Source of the DNA: a virus
Lineage: Duplodnaviria; Caudoviricetes
Strand: one strand, 5' to 3'
DNA: 56,053 nt
Virus record (IMG/VR): IMGVR_UViG_3300047388_000165
Span: 1 to 56,053 of that record
Below the pieces are notes generated by a model that did not search any database, had not been told where the DNA came from, and was given only the letters and a program-made list of their open reading frames with translations. Below, piece by piece: positions 46,440 to 55,615 of this stretch. Position numbers and translations under genes: made by a program. How positions within the stretch are numbered: position 1 is the first letter of the stretch; each line of letters begins with the position of its first letter.

Positions 46440-46805
46440 TTACGGGGTCGGGGGAGTGGGCGTGTTCGCGGCCACTGCGGCAGCGAGCGTTGCCTTGTTT
46501 TTGTCAATCGCGTCCTTGATCGCCTGAAGTTTCACCGGGTCCGTGCCGGCGTCTTTGAGTTGCTGACTGATGTTATTCAGCAGCGTAACCACGCTGTCGA
46601 TAACTGTGGTTTCCTCCTCCACGTCTGCCTGGATGTCGTCGAGTAATGCCATAATCCGTTTCTCCATTTCTGCCAAGTCGTGTTTGGTTGCGAGTTGAGC
46701 GACTTGAAACTCAAACTGCTTTTGCAACTGGTGCCGGGCTTCCTTGAGCTCAAGCGCCAGAAGTAAAATTGCGTCGGTTAGCTGATGTGCGTGCGCGTCG
46801 TCCAT
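46440..46805 (-). CDS. Coiled-coil hypothetical protein
   Basis: LDDIQADVEEETTVIDSVVTLL...AAVAANTP. Confidence 0.7.
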   Translation of the reverse strand: MDDAHAHQLTDAILLLALELKEARHQLQKQFEFQVAQLATKHDLAEMEKRIMALLDDIQADVEEETTVIDSVVTLLNNISQQLKDAGTDPVKLQAIKDAIDKNKATLAAAVAANTPTPPTP

Positions 46806-46857
46806 CCCGATACTGTCCCCCTTGCAGGCGAATTTGCAACTGGGATACGCTCCCCAA

Positions 46858-47580
46858 TCAAAGAGTGTAACCCGCCTCCGCAGCATCGCGGAAAAACATT
46901 TGCGCGGTCGCTATGGATAGTTGCTCAAGGTTCTGCTCCTGCATGTTGATGGCCTTTTTCAATATCTCCTCCGGAACGGTGATAATATCGCAACCGGTTT
47001 CGTTGGCCTCGTAGATGTTCAACGGCTCGCGCACGCTGGCCCAAAGCAGCTCGGTGTTGGGACGGTCGCCGAACTTCATCTTATCGACTGCATTGAACAT
47101 GAACTCCCGAGCGTGCAATCCGGTATCAGCCACCCTTCCGGCGAATATCGATATCACGGACGGCACATTGCGATGGATCGCCTTCAAGGACTCGGAGACC
47201 TGCCACAATCCCAGGACAGCAGTGACATTGACACAGACTCCGCATTCGCCCAGCTCCTTGATTAAATCGTAAGTAGGATTCCCGTTGGTGAACACCACTG
47301 GAATTTTAACGAACACGTTGTTGCCCCATTTGCTGATCTTCAATGCCTGCCTCAGCATCTCCGACGGCTCATCCGAGAACACCTCGAAGGATATTGGCTT
47401 GCGATCGACCACCTCCAGAACCTCCTTGGCAAAGCGCTCGTAATCGGTCACGCCCGCACGCCGCATCAACGTGGGATTGGTGGTGAACCCTTTTATCAAA
47501 GGGTCTTCGTTGAGCCTGATGATCGACTTCAAATCAGCCCCGTCAGCGTAAATCTTTACTTTGAGTTCGGATAATTTCAT
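46858..47580 (-). CDS. tal: Transaldolase
   Basis: YADGA, GFTTNPTL, ISFEV, VFVKIP (Schiff-base Lys), NVT, FAGR, LWAS.RE. Confidence 0.9.
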   Translation of the reverse strand: MKLSELKVKIYADGADLKSIIRLNEDPLIKGFTTNPTLMRRAGVTDYERFAKEVLEVVDRKPISFEVFSDEPSEMLRQALKISKWGNNVFVKIPVVFTNGNPTYDLIKELGECGVCVNVTAVLGLWQVSESLKAIHRNVPSVISIFAGRVADTGLHAREFMFNAVDKMKFGDRPNTELLWASVREPLNIYEANETGCDIITVPEEILKKAINMQEQNLEQLSIATAQMFFRDAAEAGYTL

Positions 47581-48245
47581 AGCGTGATGATGATAGGGTC
47601 GTTCTCGTGGGCTCGGCACTCAGCCAATATCTGCTCACGAGTGCGGCGCGTGTGGGTCCCGTGGCCACGAGCGATGTTGCGCTCACTCAATCTCGGCCCT
47701 CGGTCGCGCGTCTCCCGGTCAATCCAGAAGCACGGGTCGGAGTTGGCCCAGTGAGCGCCCTTCCATGCCGTTCCTGATGACCTCGGGTCAGTGGCCCTAT
47801 AATCGTGATTACCCGCGCCCATCTCCACGCCGGTCGGATCGAAGATGCAGGGCTTGACGTGGTCAGGGATGCCGTGCAATCGCTGGGGAACTGGGGGTAT
47901 GGTGCGATCGATGTTCTTATCGGAGTGATGGCGCCACATCCGGGTCATGGCGGAGTAGATCATCCGGTTTCCCAACATCCGTTCTTTTTCCAAAACCGAT
48001 CTCGGATTGGTTCCGTACGGATCAGGGTAGACGAACTCATCCATGTCGACCAGCACCACCCAGTCAGCCTTAGACCGGGCCAGTGCCTCGTTAATCCAGT
48101 TCATCTTCAACTCGTCATCAAACTTTCCATCCGGAAACTGCTGGGTGATGAAGGTCATGCGGTCGCACCAGGGCGAATAGTGGAGCATGAAGAGCGGAGC
48201 GAGAAACTCCTCCCGATAGAACGTGGTGATGAGTTCGATAATCAT
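47577..48245 (-). CDS. GT-A fold glycosyltransferase
   Basis: ADWVVLVDMDEF (DxD). Confidence 0.75.
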   Translation of the reverse strand: MIIELITTFYREEFLAPLFMLHYSPWCDRMTFITQQFPDGKFDDELKMNWINEALARSKADWVVLVDMDEFVYPDPYGTNPRSVLEKERMLGNRMIYSAMTRMWRHHSDKNIDRTIPPVPQRLHGIPDHVKPCIFDPTGVEMGAGNHDYRATDPRSSGTAWKGAHWANSDPCFWIDRETRDRGPRLSERNIARGHGTHTRRTREQILAECRAHENDPIIITL

Positions 48246-48496
48246 GGTTGTGAGCACTTGTGTCTGAGGAGTTGCAGGTCGGCGTCGTGGAGGTAGACGT
48301 GGGTGGCGGGAGGATATCCAACCGGAGCCGGCCCATCCATCAACTCCCGAAGGTTGGTGAGATTGTTGATCGCTGCGACGTTCATTGCCTGGTCAACGGT
48401 TGGGTTTATCACACACCCCGTCGCGTCCAGTTGACCAACCTGCGAGCGCAAGTCGTCTACGCGATAATCAATCCACGCTTTCGCTTGTTCGTTCAT
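48242..48496 (-). CDS. Hypothetical protein
   Basis: 84 aa, coupled. Confidence 0.55.
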   Translation of the reverse strand: MNEQAKAWIDYRVDDLRSQVGQLDATGCVINPTVDQAMNVAAINNLTNLRELMDGPAPVGYPPATHVYLHDADLQLLRHKCSQP

Positions 48497-49182
48497 AATT
48501 TCTTTTTGAGAATCAACAGCTCTTTGCTGACGTGGGCTTCTTCGATATCACGCTCACCCAGCAGGATGCGACCCAACAATGACTCCGCGAACTGGACCTG
48601 ATCGGGATATCCCTCGGTGTGGCTGGCGGGATTGTTGACCGATTCCCGAAAGTCCTCAATGCAATAGTAGCCACCCGGTTTCACGTGGGACCACAGATAC
48701 TGGAACGACATGACCATGGTGCCGGAAGAGTGGGCGCCGTCGTCAATGATGATGTCGAACTGTTCGGGATACTCCTCCACGAATCGCTGGAGATCGTAAG
48801 GGCGTAGGGCATCGCCTTTGAAAAAGTTGAACCTTGGGAACAGTCCGTTGTCGATCACGCTCTGCTCAATCTCGGGAGCGAACTTAAAGTCGGCGATGTC
48901 CATGCCGACAATCTGCGCCCTGGTGAAATACTGGAGCCATAGTTTGATTGATGCTCCCACGTTGAGCCCGATCTCCAGCATTCGGATTGGTTCGTCACGC
49001 CACTTGGAAAACTCCCGGTCGTAGAACGGTGTGTAACCGTGGAGGATGTAATCGCCATCACCTTCACGTCTCGTGCGCTTGTCAGTCCACAAAGCGGGGA
49101 CTGTTTCTCTGTGCGCTAGTTCGTCCAAAGTAAATCGTTCATTAAGCATATGCTCCACTGGCTGCCATTTATTTTCAATCAT
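48493..49182 (-). CDS. Class I SAM methyltransferase (sugar O-methyltransferase-like)
   Basis: TDK...HGYTPFY, MLEIG, DIIIDDGAH, GGYYCIED. Confidence 0.85.
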   Translation of the reverse strand: MIENKWQPVEHMLNERFTLDELAHRETVPALWTDKRTRREGDGDYILHGYTPFYDREFSKWRDEPIRMLEIGLNVGASIKLWLQYFTRAQIVGMDIADFKFAPEIEQSVIDNGLFPRFNFFKGDALRPYDLQRFVEEYPEQFDIIIDDGAHSSGTMVMSFQYLWSHVKPGGYYCIEDFRESVNNPASHTEGYPDQVQFAESLLGRILLGERDIEEAHVSKELLILKKKL

Positions 49183-49183
49183 A

Positions 49184-49843
49184 TCAGTTTGGTGTTGGCC
49201 AGCCGGGATGGAAGTCCGCCACCCGCGCCGGGCGGGGGCTTCTGCCAATCCAGTTCTCGGCTTCATACCGATTCTCCCACGTGGCCGGAGGGAGAGGTGG
49301 GAGACTGGCAAGATAGTTCGACTTCGCCCACCAGAAGGTGCCCCCGAAAAACGGGATGGTGATAGTTCCAGGATTTCTCTCCGGAGTAAGCCAATGAGCA
49401 CCAGCGCAGTCGTACCCCTTTTGGAGCGCTTTGTAGCACTCCTGCCAGCCCCACACCGAAATCGCTTCCATCCGGCGGCGCCATCCATCAGCCTGATTGG
49501 GCGTGCTCACACCCTTCGTGTGATGATACATGATCGCCCAGTTGGGATGCTGAATGGCCCAGTCGCGCACGAGATTCATGGTCGGGATTTCCGAGGTGGC
49601 TCCCGACCCGTGCTGAATCACCACTGCTTTTTCAGACACGATTGATGCAACCGCCATCGCGTCGCTCTCGTCGCCGTTCACTCCGACAATGATATTCGTG
49701 GCGGCGTCCTCCAGGCCACTCCGCTTGAGCGCGTCCATCTGTGACACAATAAGTCGGAAGGCGTAGTCGGGATCGATGGGACGCTTCTCGCTCTTGAGCA
49801 GGCAGTGGTAGAACACTGCGATGGGTAAATTTATTTGGGCCAT
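49184..49843 (-). CDS. Putative glycosyltransferase-like protein
   Basis: E.PT, YHHTKG, FGGTFWW, RYEAENWIG. Confidence 0.65.
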   Translation of the reverse strand: MAQINLPIAVFYHCLLKSEKRPIDPDYAFRLIVSQMDALKRSGLEDAATNIIVGVNGDESDAMAVASIVSEKAVVIQHGSGATSEIPTMNLVRDWAIQHPNWAIMYHHTKGVSTPNQADGWRRRMEAISVWGWQECYKALQKGYDCAGAHWLTPERNPGTITIPFFGGTFWWAKSNYLASLPPLPPATWENRYEAENWIGRSPRPARVADFHPGWPTPN

Positions 49844-50469
49844 GTTGGTGCCATGTGTTGATCGACCAGCAGCGACTCGTTGGGCGTCACCGGGTGCCAG
49901 TTCTCCATGTGGTAAGTCCCACGCCACGTCACCTGCAACGGCTCGAAGCCCTGCTTCTGACTCCAGAGCGTGAATGAGTCCGCGCCGTGTTCAAACTGAT
50001 AACGATTCGAGTTGTCCACCCGGTTGGGATACGAGTTGAGAAATTCCGGAGGACACCAAAAGGCAGTGGTTCTCAGGTGGGGTCGAGGCGAATGAAAGCC
50101 CCACGGCGAGTAGACCGCTGGTCCGTTTTCAATGTATGACATCACAATCCGGTCGAGCCAGCCAGCGCGGTGGAAGTGGACGGGTGATCCCAGGCACACC
50201 ATCAGGTCGCACTCAATCAAATCCGCTGCCGCCTGATAAGCACCGATGTCCTTCCCAAAATTGTTGTGCTGGAAAAACCGTGGGCTGAGCGGCGAGAAGA
50301 TCGGCTTGCACCAGTCTCCCATGGGAATGCTCCCGTTGATGCAGACATAAATCTCGTGATCGTACTGGCCGGGCGGGTTCTCCATGTAAGTCTCAACGAA
50401 CCGTCGCGCCATCGGACCATAGGTCATCATGTTGGCTGTGGGATGAATGTAAACCAAAGCGATCTTCAT
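49831..50469 (-). CDS. Putative glycosyltransferase (RgpF-like motif)
   Basis: NFGKDIGAY, PHLRTTAF, FEHG. Confidence 0.6.
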   Translation of the reverse strand: MKIALVYIHPTANMMTYGPMARRFVETYMENPPGQYDHEIYVCINGSIPMGDWCKPIFSPLSPRFFQHNNFGKDIGAYQAAADLIECDLMVCLGSPVHFHRAGWLDRIVMSYIENGPAVYSPWGFHSPRPHLRTTAFWCPPEFLNSYPNRVDNSNRYQFEHGADSFTLWSQKQGFEPLQVTWRGTYHMENWHPVTPNESLLVDQHMAPTWPK

Positions 50470-50747
50470 TGTCTGCGCGGGTCTGCGGGAACCAGTTTGA
50501 TGACCGCTCTTCCACTGTCCACCGTGTTGGTGGCGAGGATGATCTCGTTGGACACCGCCGCGCGAAAGATGCGGTCGATGAAGATTTCGCTGACCACTTT
50601 CTTGGTCATGCCGTCCGGTTGAGGGATTTCAACCTGCGTCACCGGCCTCTCGACTTGAATGAAGTGGGCGGTGATATCAGCCTCGAAGGTTGAGCCCACC
50701 CAACACCAGACCGCAATCCCCAACATGAAGGCGAAACAGTATTTCAC
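50466..50747 (-). CDS. Hypothetical secreted/membrane protein
   Basis: Hydrophobic N-terminus. Confidence 0.55.
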   Translation of the reverse strand: MKYCFAFMLGIAVWCWVGSTFEADITAHFIQVERPVTQVEIPQPDGMTKKVVSEIFIDRIFRAAVSNEIILATNTVDSGRAVIKLVPADPRRQ

Positions 50748-51481
50748 GCCGGCTTAGTGTCTACCGCGGTTGACACCGTTTTGTTTATTTCCTCGAGAAT
50801 CCAGCAGTTTTTATCCAGCTCGTTCTTGGTGGCGTCGCTCATGTGCTCAGTGATGAAGGGGAGCGGCGTGTGGACCTTCAGCTTCAGCGGGCAGAGGCAG
50901 GCGGTACAGACGTTCAGCTTGTCATCGACCGTGGTGGACAACTTGCGGGAGGCCAACTGGGACATCTGGAGTTTTATCGCAGCGGCAGCCGGCTTGGTGA
51001 ACCACTCCTCAAGGCCACCCTTTCCGTTCAACACACAGGCCGCACAGACCTCCGCGCGGTGCTGAGAGAGGGAGGTTTCCACGGGAGGGAGCTGGGAATC
51101 GATCCAGTCGTTCAGTGTCTTTACGCCCTGCCACACCTTCTTGGCTTTATCCGCCACAGCACTTAGCTGCTTTTCGGCGAGAGGTGCCAGGGCTTTGAAT
51201 TTTGGGGAGGGGGCCACTCCTGCTCCCGGCTGGTTGATGAAGTTGGTCCAACCCATCCGCTCACAGATGGCGGCGTTGAACATGTCCACTTCGGTTGCGA
51301 CAGTGTCCCAGTCCGTCGCCCACCCGTGTTTGGCGACCAGCGCTGGGTTTGCCTTCCTCATGGCGACCACCTGGTCGACCACGTTGTTGAAGGAGCCCTG
51401 CCTTGAATTGAACCGGGTTTCCGGCTGATAGAACTTTATCCCAAAGGGTATCTGAATCTGGCGATTGTTAAGCGTTGCCAT
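50744..51481 (-). CDS. Conserved Cys-rich phage protein
   Basis: RAEVCAAC, CTACLCPLKLKVH, CW. Confidence 0.75.
   Translation of the reverse strand: MATLNNRQIQIPFGIKFYQPETRFNSRQGSFNNVVDQVVAMRKANPALVAKHGWATDWDTVATEVDMFNAAICERMGWTNFINQPGAGVAPSPKFKALAPLAEKQLSAVADKAKKVWQGVKTLNDWIDSQLPPVETSLSQHRAEVCAACVLNGKGGLEEWFTKPAAAAIKLQMSQLASRKLSTTVDDKLNVCTACLCPLKLKVHTPLPFITEHMSDATKNELDKNCWILEEINKTVSTAVDTKPA
50758..50775. repeat. Dispersed palindrome, variant with one mismatch
   Basis: TGTCTACCGCGGTTGACA (core is the reverse complement of the 23951 variant). Confidence 0.85.
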
Positions 51482-51547
51482 AGTGAGTTTGGTTATCCCT
51501 GATTTTTCGCTTGCTGTCAACATCGCTCTGTATCATAGTCGAAACAC

Positions 51548-52063
51548 ATGAAATCATTCTTCGTATTTGATGTCGAGTCAGTTGGACTGCATGGTGAAGG
51601 ATTCGCTGTCGGCGGAGGAGTGTTCCTCGCCAACGGAGCCATCCAGTGGGGGTTCCGAATGTCGTGCCCGATTGACGAGTGCATCGGCACCGATGAGGGA
51701 AGGAAGTGGGTTAAGGATAATTGCCCTGTTCTGGAAATCACTCATCGGTCCCCGAAGGCAATGAGGGACGCATTCTGGGAAAAGTGGTCAATGGCGAAAA
51801 GTGAAGGCGCTGTAATGGCGGCTGAATGTGGCTGGCCGGTGGAGGCGAACTTCCTTGGAAGCTGCATCACTGACGACCCTTCTCGACAGTGGTGCGGACC
51901 TTATCCACTGCACGAAATCGCCTCATTCATGGTAGCGGCAGGAATGGACCCGATGGCTAAATACGAACGCACTTCGAGTGAGCTGCCGCAGCACGACCCA
52001 TACGCTGATGCGGTGCAGTCAGCGCGTCTTTTATCAGAAGCCCTCTCCAAAATAAAAATATGA
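51548..52063 (+). CDS. DEDDh 3'-5' exonuclease
   Basis: VFDVES.GL; HDPYADA. Confidence 0.8.
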   Translation: MKSFFVFDVESVGLHGEGFAVGGGVFLANGAIQWGFRMSCPIDECIGTDEGRKWVKDNCPVLEITHRSPKAMRDAFWEKWSMAKSEGAVMAAECGWPVEANFLGSCITDDPSRQWCGPYPLHEIASFMVAAGMDPMAKYERTSSELPQHDPYADAVQSARLLSEALSKIKI

Positions 52064-52242
52064 TTCTCGGACAAATGATTCAGGCATGGCGTGAGAAGCA
52101 CCATGTCTCCCGACGACAGCTCGCCCTTCAAATCGGCATCGATCACGTGACGCTCTCCCGGCTGGAGAACAATGACGTGCGCGCCATCTCCGTGGATATC
52201 CTCGGCAAGATTTACACCTGGCAAATCTCAAAGGAAAAATGA
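52060..52242 (+). CDS. XRE-family HTH protein
   Basis: SRRQLALQIGIDHVTLSRLE. Confidence 0.8.
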   Translation: MILGQMIQAWREKHHVSRRQLALQIGIDHVTLSRLENNDVRAISVDILGKIYTWQISKEK

Positions 52243-52604
52243 GCTGGAAAGGTTTCGACTCAAGTTGGCTGCAAGCGCATGAAAATCGTACTCGAACTCA
52301 ATTACCGAACCCCGCGCCACGCGAACGACCGGCACCACTGGCGAGCAGTTGTGGCGGAGAAGCACCGAGCACAATCTGTCCTATTGTCCGCTTTACGCTC
52401 CGCCGCGTCCGGCTACTTGACGTTGACGCCAAATACGCCTCAGTCAAAGATTTGCTCGACGGCCTCCAATACGCTGGCCTTATTCATGGCGACAAAGAGG
52501 GTCAAGTCCGTCTCGAAGTCGTCCAAGAAAAAGTCAGGAAGTTCACCGAAGAAAGCACCCTCATCGAAATAGAATATGCTGAGCCTCAAACCCACCCGGA
52601 ATAA
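52239..52604 (+). CDS. RusA-like Holliday junction resolvase
   Basis: LDVD...SVKDLLDGL...GLI.GD. Confidence 0.6.
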   Translation: MSWKGFDSSWLQAHENRTRTQLPNPAPRERPAPLASSCGGEAPSTICPIVRFTLRRVRLLDVDAKYASVKDLLDGLQYAGLIHGDKEGQVRLEVVQEKVRKFTEESTLIEIEYAEPQTHPE

Positions 52605-52878
52605 AATCCTCGTCACTCCGTACCGCCGCGACAAGAAGTGGGGCGGCAAGATTGAACTCCTCGAGAAGCAGCGCGATGTTCTCATGGGCGACGACCACTG
52701 CTTCTGGGTGGTGGCGGTGCCGGACGGCTGTGAGGAAATCAAAGTAAAAGACCGCGTGATCCTGATTCAGGACCACGACGGTCTGGAGTACTTGGTGGAC
52801 GGAACTAAGCGGGCTTTTGTGAATCTGGCTCAGGTGCTGGTGGTTCTGCCACATGAGGGATTTCAGACGCCGCCCTGA
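52576..52878 (+). CDS. groES: GroES-like co-chaperonin
   Basis: LKPTRNKILV, GGKIEL, VVAV, EIKVKDRV, VLVV. Confidence 0.7.
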   Translation: MLSLKPTRNKILVTPYRRDKKWGGKIELLEKQRDVLMGDDHCFWVVAVPDGCEEIKVKDRVILIQDHDGLEYLVDGTKRAFVNLAQVLVVLPHEGFQTPP

Positions 52879-53059
52879 TACCGGACAACTGAATCAGCTT
52901 CTCAGTATAAACGGCGGCATCCAGCAACTCCATTTGCAGATGCTCCAACCACTCCACCCCAGTTAGATCGGTGCGGTCCATGGTGACACCGTACTTCCGC
53001 TCGCCCACTTGAGCGCGGTGCTGCAACTTGGCGATTACTGCTTGATTGATAGAATCCAT
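52805..53059 (-). CDS. Small conserved phage protein (possible all-alpha NTP pyrophosphatase)
   Basis: GERKYGVTMDR..WLEHLQMELLDAAVY. Confidence 0.65.
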   Translation of the reverse strand: MDSINQAVIAKLQHRAQVGERKYGVTMDRTDLTGVEWLEHLQMELLDAAVYTEKLIQLSGIRAASEIPHVAEPPAPEPDSQKPA

Positions 53060-53060
53060 A

Positions 53061-53552
53061 TTAGCTCGCTTTCTCCGGTAGCAGCCCGGCGTAGCCGTTG
53101 ACCTTCAGCCGGTCGTAATAGCTTTCGTCCTTGGACATCATCACGTAAGGCAGGAACACTTGCAGCGTCTCTGCCTGCTTGAGTTGGATCATGGACATTT
53201 GGACCTCCACCCAATCCTGTATGATCTTCCACGCGGTGCGACCGGCTTGTTCCTTGAACGACGCCTTGCTCTTTTTCTTTTGGCATCCCCACGCGATTTT
53301 ACCATCAGGCAGCAGGTCGTCACCCATGTAATCCCGCCAGAGCGCGTCCCACGCTTTGTCTACATCGGCTGGCAACCGGATGAACACCTTCCCACTGGGC
53401 GTCTCCAGTTGAAAATTGATGGCCGCGATCTGGCCATCAGTGCCGACATACTCCTTCATGATGCCGCTGACGCCACACCGGATGAGAACCTGCTCAATCC
53501 GGTAGATGGTCTGCGACACCGGCACGTCGGAGGTATAGTTTTTAAGAAACAT
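53061..53552 (-). CDS. Conserved phage protein
   Basis: KNYTSDVPVSQT, FIRLP, QAGRTAWKIIQDWV, FLPY. Confidence 0.75.
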   Translation of the reverse strand: MFLKNYTSDVPVSQTIYRIEQVLIRCGVSGIMKEYVGTDGQIAAINFQLETPSGKVFIRLPADVDKAWDALWRDYMGDDLLPDGKIAWGCQKKKSKASFKEQAGRTAWKIIQDWVEVQMSMIQLKQAETLQVFLPYVMMSKDESYYDRLKVNGYAGLLPEKAS

Positions 53553-53949
53553 TGGCCTTCTCCTGTTGAACCTCCGCGAGTTTGTTGATGACCTTCTGGA
53601 GCGCCCGGTCGAGCCGGTCCTGTTCGGCGAGGATGAGGGCGCCGGCTTTGATGAGGCAGCGCTCCCGATCGATCTCGCTGGTGTAATTTCCGAAGCCGTT
53701 CTTCTTCCACGGTTTGAAATAATCCGATCCCCACGGCCACTGTTTGAAGTTGTGGTAGGCCCAGATGGGCGACTTGATGGCGGCGTTGGCGTAGAAGTGA
53801 GCTGCTGCCCACAGGCTGCCGTTGGTGTGAGCGTCGTCGTGATCCTCGCTCCACTGTTCGTCGTTGACTTGGCGATCTCGCTCGAAGTCGATGGCGGCAG
53901 TGGCATTGACCCTCGCCTCTTCGCTGATGATGACTGTCTCGGTGTTCAT
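53542..53949 (-). CDS. Conserved phage protein
   Basis: ERDRQ..EQWSEDHDDAH, WPW, LIKAGALILAE.DRLDR. Confidence 0.75.
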   Translation of the reverse strand: MNTETVIISEEARVNATAAIDFERDRQVNDEQWSEDHDDAHTNGSLWAAAHFYANAAIKSPIWAYHNFKQWPWGSDYFKPWKKNGFGNYTSEIDRERCLIKAGALILAEQDRLDRALQKVINKLAEVQQEKANVS

Positions 53950-54233
53950 TTTTCCTTTGGTTGTTTTTGTTGCAGTGACGTTAGAAAGCAGGTGGCCTCA
54001 AGCATCGCGTCGATTTTATTTTCGCGGTCGGAGCCAGTGAAGGCGTGCATGGCGTCCTTGGTAATTTCGGAGAACCATGGGCCGTCGGCAGCCCAGTGTT
54101 TGTCCTCCCGCATCCGGCGTCGGCGGCAGATGCGAATGACGTAGCAGTCGTGGTTGACGACTTCTGAAACCGGCAGACCCTGCTCCCCGTGGATGGGGCA
54201 GGGGTATTTATTTTTCGAGCAGGTGCAGTTCAT
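53946..54233 (-). CDS. Hypothetical protein
   Basis: 95 aa, coupled. Confidence 0.55.
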   Translation of the reverse strand: MNCTCSKNKYPCPIHGEQGLPVSEVVNHDCYVIRICRRRRMREDKHWAADGPWFSEITKDAMHAFTGSDRENKIDAMLEATCFLTSLQQKQPKEK

Positions 54234-54712
54234 ACAGGCATCGGTTGAGCCTTGAGCGACTCGATCGGTTTAAGAAGTTCGGACTCGATGGCGTAGCACC
54301 CCTTGGTGATTCCCTTCCACCAGTGGCACGGCTGCTTGGCCCAGTGGCCCCAGCACCAACCCTTGAGTTGGACGGTGTCGAAGCTGGGCATCCGGCACAA
54401 AATGTAGATCATGTCCTCCGGGTCCTGAGGGCGGATGAGCAGCCGGTCGTTCTCTCCTAGCACGGTTTTCACCTGCAACAGTCCAACGTCGCCCCGCAGG
54501 GTATCGGTTGTGTGCGTGACCGGATTCCATTCAATGCCGTAGACCTTGGAGGTGACGAACTCACCACACGCGCCGTTGCAATCGCCTTCAATCCCAAAGT
54601 CTTTACGGCCCTTGTCCATGGGAAAATTCTGCGCCCGAGCGGACAGGAAGCGAGCGGTGCCCACGTCGTAACAGCGGCGCAGTTCCGCGAAGGTGAGGGC
54701 CACAGTTATCAT
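54230..54712 (-). CDS. Putative PD-(D/E)XK-type nuclease
   Basis: GACGE...GDVG.LQVKT. Confidence 0.55.
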   Translation of the reverse strand: MITVALTFAELRRCYDVGTARFLSARAQNFPMDKGRKDFGIEGDCNGACGEFVTSKVYGIEWNPVTHTTDTLRGDVGLLQVKTVLGENDRLLIRPQDPEDMIYILCRMPSFDTVQLKGWCWGHWAKQPCHWWKGITKGCYAIESELLKPIESLKAQPMPV

Positions 54713-55137
54713 TGGAACTCCACAGGCAGCACGATGTTCCAGAGCTGGCTGCAATGGAAGAACGGCCTGATTTCCTTGGGCGAATAGCCGGCGTAACCGC
54801 AGCCGATCTTGGTGACGAGGAACTCGTTCTCCGGATGGTTCTCGGCGTAGTCGAGGAACCGGTAGACCGCGGCCTCGATCTCATCCAGCGGCACGGCCTG
54901 GAACCGGACCTTCCAATGCTCCGGAGTGCGCGGGAGGTAGATGCGGGTGGGGATGGCGTAGCATCTGCCGGTCGGGCCTTCCGAGATTCCCTTCTCGGCG
55001 CCGAAGAGTTGCTGGGCGGTGCGCGCGGCGCCCTTGCCATGCACGCCGTGAGTGTTGGAGCCGAACACAAAAATCTGGTTGGGCTCGAGCATGAGGATAT
55101 TTTCCGGTGTCGATTTCATATTGGTGTGATGATTCAC
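54709..55137 (-). CDS. A1S_2505-family (macro-like) phage protein
   Basis: IFVFGSN..G.HGKGAA, YAIPT, FLVTKIGCGYAG. Confidence 0.8.
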   Translation of the reverse strand: MNHHTNMKSTPENILMLEPNQIFVFGSNTHGVHGKGAARTAQQLFGAEKGISEGPTGRCYAIPTRIYLPRTPEHWKVRFQAVPLDEIEAAVYRFLDYAENHPENEFLVTKIGCGYAGYSPKEIRPFFHCSQLWNIVLPVEFQ

Positions 55138-55421
55138 TCCAGATTCTGCGGGATTTGGTGGTGCGAGTCTTCTCCAATTTTAGAGTTGAAAAAATCAGTC
55201 ATGGCGAAGTGATTAGTCCGGAGAGCGACGCGGATCATGGCGGTGATGTTGTTGACCCGCCACTTGAAGTAGATCGCCTGCCGGTGCTTCTCCACGGTCT
55301 TGATGGAGCAGCCCAGATAATCGGCGATGCTTTTGTTCACGTAACCGAGGCACAGCAGCTGCATGACCTCGTGTTCCCGATCGGTGAGCGGTTTCAATCT
55401 CGCGGTCCTTTCCTGCGGCAA
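55134..55421 (-). CDS. LuxR-type HTH regulator
   Basis: LTDREHEV...G..NKSIA..L..S.KTVEKH. Confidence 0.85.
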   Translation of the reverse strand: MPQERTARLKPLTDREHEVMQLLCLGYVNKSIADYLGCSIKTVEKHRQAIYFKWRVNNITAMIRVALRTNHFAMTDFFNSKIGEDSHHQIPQNLE

Positions 55422-55615
55422 TCGATGATGCAGCCCTCATACATCCCGTCCTTCAGCAAATTCGGCAGCTCCCTGGCGATCATGTGGGCGGTGATCGGGT
55501 CGTCGTGAGTGATGACGGCCAGCTTGGGGAAGAGCCGCACGGTCACGCCGTCGAGGCGCATGGTGTGGCGGAAACGCTTCCGGATGATCTGCTCGAGTTT
55601 GATCTGGAGAGTCAC
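55394..55615 (-). CDS. Hypothetical protein
   Basis: GTG start overlapping the upstream TGA; GAAGGA SD. Confidence 0.5.
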   Translation of the reverse strand: MTLQIKLEQIIRKRFRHTMRLDGVTVRLFPKLAVITHDDPITAHMIARELPNLLKDGMYEGCIIDCRRKGPRD

